Assembly (NCBI GenBank): GCA_964540495.1
Contig: CAZIMQ010000001.1
Coordinates: 1 to 25,157 of the forward strand
Direction of reading: 5' to 3'
Origin: an uncultured Candidatus Saccharibacteria bacterium
GTDB lineage: Bacteria; Patescibacteriota; Minisyncoccia; Phycocordibacterales; CAIRYW01
Length of the DNA: 25,157 nucleotides
Shown here: positions 23,495 through 25,157 of the stretch, piece after piece
Numbering within the stretch: position 1 is the first letter of the stretch
How the letters are laid out: each line of letters opens with the position of its first letter
Program-made: the position numbers and the translations under genes
Notes under the pieces: generated by a model
The model's input: only the letters and a program-made list of their open reading frames with translations
Told to the model about the DNA's origin: nothing
Databases searched by the model: none

Positions 23495-25157
23495 TTATTC
23501 CAAAACTGCTTTTATTCGACGAACTCCAGCAGACACAGCTTCTTCTTTTGCGATTTTAAATGTTCCAATGAGTTCTGAAGTATTTTTTACGTGAGGACCA
23601 CCGCAATACTCTTTTGAAAAAGCAGTGGCTAAATCTTTTCCAACAAAATAAATTGAAATTTGGTCGCCGTATTTTTCACCAAAGAAGTGGAGAGCCCCCG
23701 TTTCTTCTGCATTAGCTTTTGGCATCACTATATTTTGCACAGGAAGAGCTTCTTTTATCTTTTGATTTACGATTTCTTCAACTTTCTTTTTTTCTTCGTC
23801 GGTCATCTTTCGCTCAAATGCAAAGTCAAAACGCAGTCGCTCAGGTGTGATGTTTGAGCCTTTTTGACTTACTGTGTTTCCGAGCACATCTCGAAGAGCT
23901 TGTTGGAGTAAGTGTGTTGCCGTGTGGTACTGCAAAGATTTTTCACTTGTGTCTCCAAGCCCTCCTTTGAATTTTTGTTCTGAACCAGCACGAGAAAGAT
24001 CTTGGTGTTTTTTAAATTCAATATTAAAAGAGTCTTTATCTATTGTGATGCCTTTTTCTTTTGCGATTTCTTCTGTGATTTCAACAGGAAAACCATAGGT
24101 AGAGAAAAGCAAAAACGCATCTTCGGGAGACAAATTACCCTTTTCGAGTCTTTTTGAAAGCTCTTTTTGACCATCACGAAGAGTTTTTCTAAACTTTTCT
24201 TCCTCTTTTTTTATTTCTTCTACAATAAAATCTTTTTTGTTAAAAGTTTCGGGGTAAGAGTCTTTGTAAAATTCTAAAAGCGGACTTACAAGCTCGCTTA
24301 ATCCAGTTTTTTCAATCCCCAGTTTGTCAGAAAAACGAATCGCGCGCCGAAGAAGTCTTCTTACAAAGTACCCTTGCTCGCTGTTTGAAGGAAGTACTCC
24401 ATCTCCAATTAGAAAAACACTAGATCGCACGTGGTCAGCGATAATTCTAAAGATGTGCGTATATAGAGGATCAGAGTATTTTTTGCCTGAGAGGGCTTCC
24501 AAAGCCTTTACGATGCCTTGTAAGGTGTCTATTTGAAATATATCGTTTGTATTTTCTGTAATTGCAACAAATCGTTCTAATCCCCCGCCAAAATCCACAT
24601 TTTTTTGAGGAAGTTTTTTGAAGCCGTCTTCAGATCTCCAGTATTCCATAAATACTGAGTTTCCGATTTCAAGGAATCTTCCACAGTCACAGTTTGGGTG
24701 ACAGTTTTCACCAAATTTTTTGTCGTGTGTTACAAAATCAAATTCATAGAAAATCTCTGAATCTGGTCCTCCTGGTTCTCCGAAAGGCATTTTTTCTGGA
24801 ATTCCACTTCTGCTCCACCAGTTTTTCTTTGTGTCGTACGCGAAGATCCTTTCTCCTTCTTTTATCCCTCTTTTGCCTGCTTCTTCTTCATTTACGAGGT
24901 CCACGTCTAAAGCGTCGATCCCTTTTTCTTTGAAAAGAGCTTTCCAAAGTTCTACAGACTCAGTGTCTTTTTCTATACCTGTTTTTTCGTCACCTCGAAA
25001 AACTGAAACAAAAAGTTTTTTTGGATCAACTTTTAATTCTTCTGTTAGAAATTCAAATATAAAAGGAAGTTGTTCTTGTTTAAAATAATCTCCTAGAGAC
25101 CAGTTTCCAAGCATCTCAAAAAAGGTTGTGTGACGGTTGTCACCGACATCTTCGATG
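23495..25157 (-). CDS. alaS: Alanyl-tRNA synthetase, short form; 5'-truncated by the window edge
   Basis: The frame stays open to 25157 (IEDVGDNRHTTFFEMLGNWSLGDYFK). It has GPDSEIF, EIGNSVF, NVDFGGGLER and IIADHVR, plus the editing motifs HTATHLL and CGGPHV. It ends at GVRRIKAVLE. Confidence 0.97.
   Translation of the reverse strand, partial: IEDVGDNRHTTFFEMLGNWSLGDYFKQEQLPFIFEFLTEELKVDPKKLFVSVFRGDEKTGIEKDTESVELWKALFKEKGIDALDVDLVNEEEAGKRGIKEGERIFAYDTKKNWWSRSGIPEKMPFGEPGGPDSEIFYEFDFVTHDKKFGENCHPNCDCGRFLEIGNSVFMEYWRSEDGFKKLPQKNVDFGGGLERFVAITENTNDIFQIDTLQGIVKALEALSGKKYSDPLYTHIFRIIADHVRSSVFLIGDGVLPSNSEQGYFVRRLLRRAIRFSDKLGIEKTGLSELVSPLLEFYKDSYPETFNKKDFIVEEIKKEEEKFRKTLRDGQKELSKRLEKGNLSPEDAFLLFSTYGFPVEITEEIAKEKGITIDKDSFNIEFKKHQDLSRAGSEQKFKGGLGDTSEKSLQYHTATHLLQQALRDVLGNTVSQKGSNITPERLRFDFAFERKMTDEEKKKVEEIVNQKIKEALPVQNIVMPKANAEETGALHFFGEKYGDQISIYFVGKDLATAFSKEYCGGPHVKNTSELIGTFKIAKEEAVSAGVRRIKAVLE

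Noticed and set aside
801-25088. Numerous short plus-strand and nested ORFs in the track (e.g. 1640-1951, 6662-6955, 9136-9432, 12358-12885, 19622-19888, 22989-23327)
   Set aside because: They are antisense or alternate-frame shadows of well-supported genes, with no motifs.
25112-25114. ATG at 25114 as the alaS start
   Set aside because: It lies inside conserved motif 2 (HTTFFEMLGN), and the frame continues past the window edge.

Overview
This is an AT-rich window from a Patescibacteria/CPR (Parcubacteria-like) chromosome, read in genetic code 11. The assignment is inferred from the short AlaRS and L13, the lack of Shine-Dalgarno sequences and the CPR-type hypothetical proteins. Every gene except maf is on the minus strand. 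The right half is housekeeping: partial alaS, a degenerate FtsA-like gene, a membrane-anchored protein, infA-rpmJ-rpsM-rpsK-rpsD-rpoA-rplQ-rplM-rpsI, and grpE-X-Y-dnaK-dnaJ. The left half is accessory: an orphan 267-aa gene, a degenerate histidine-phosphatase-fold gene, maf, a 1993-aa signal-peptide SpvB/FG-GAP/RHS toxin with a 4-TM immunity candidate, and an EamA / Cys-rich / 288-aa hypothetical / 9-TM sensor operon. The ORF track misses rpmJ (20392-20508) and the 5'-edge membrane sensor (<1-869). Two observations stand out. (1) A transcriptional T-box riboswitch (about 11682-11967) with its own sigma70 promoter controls an orphan protein that looks like a class Ic aminoacyl-tRNA-synthetase catalytic fold lacking KMSKS and the anticodon domain. 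(2) A roughly 195-bp structured element after rpsI carries three copies of the rpsI 3' end (direct, inverted, direct) around a GC-rich double-hairpin core. All calls were made by eye and no database searches were run.
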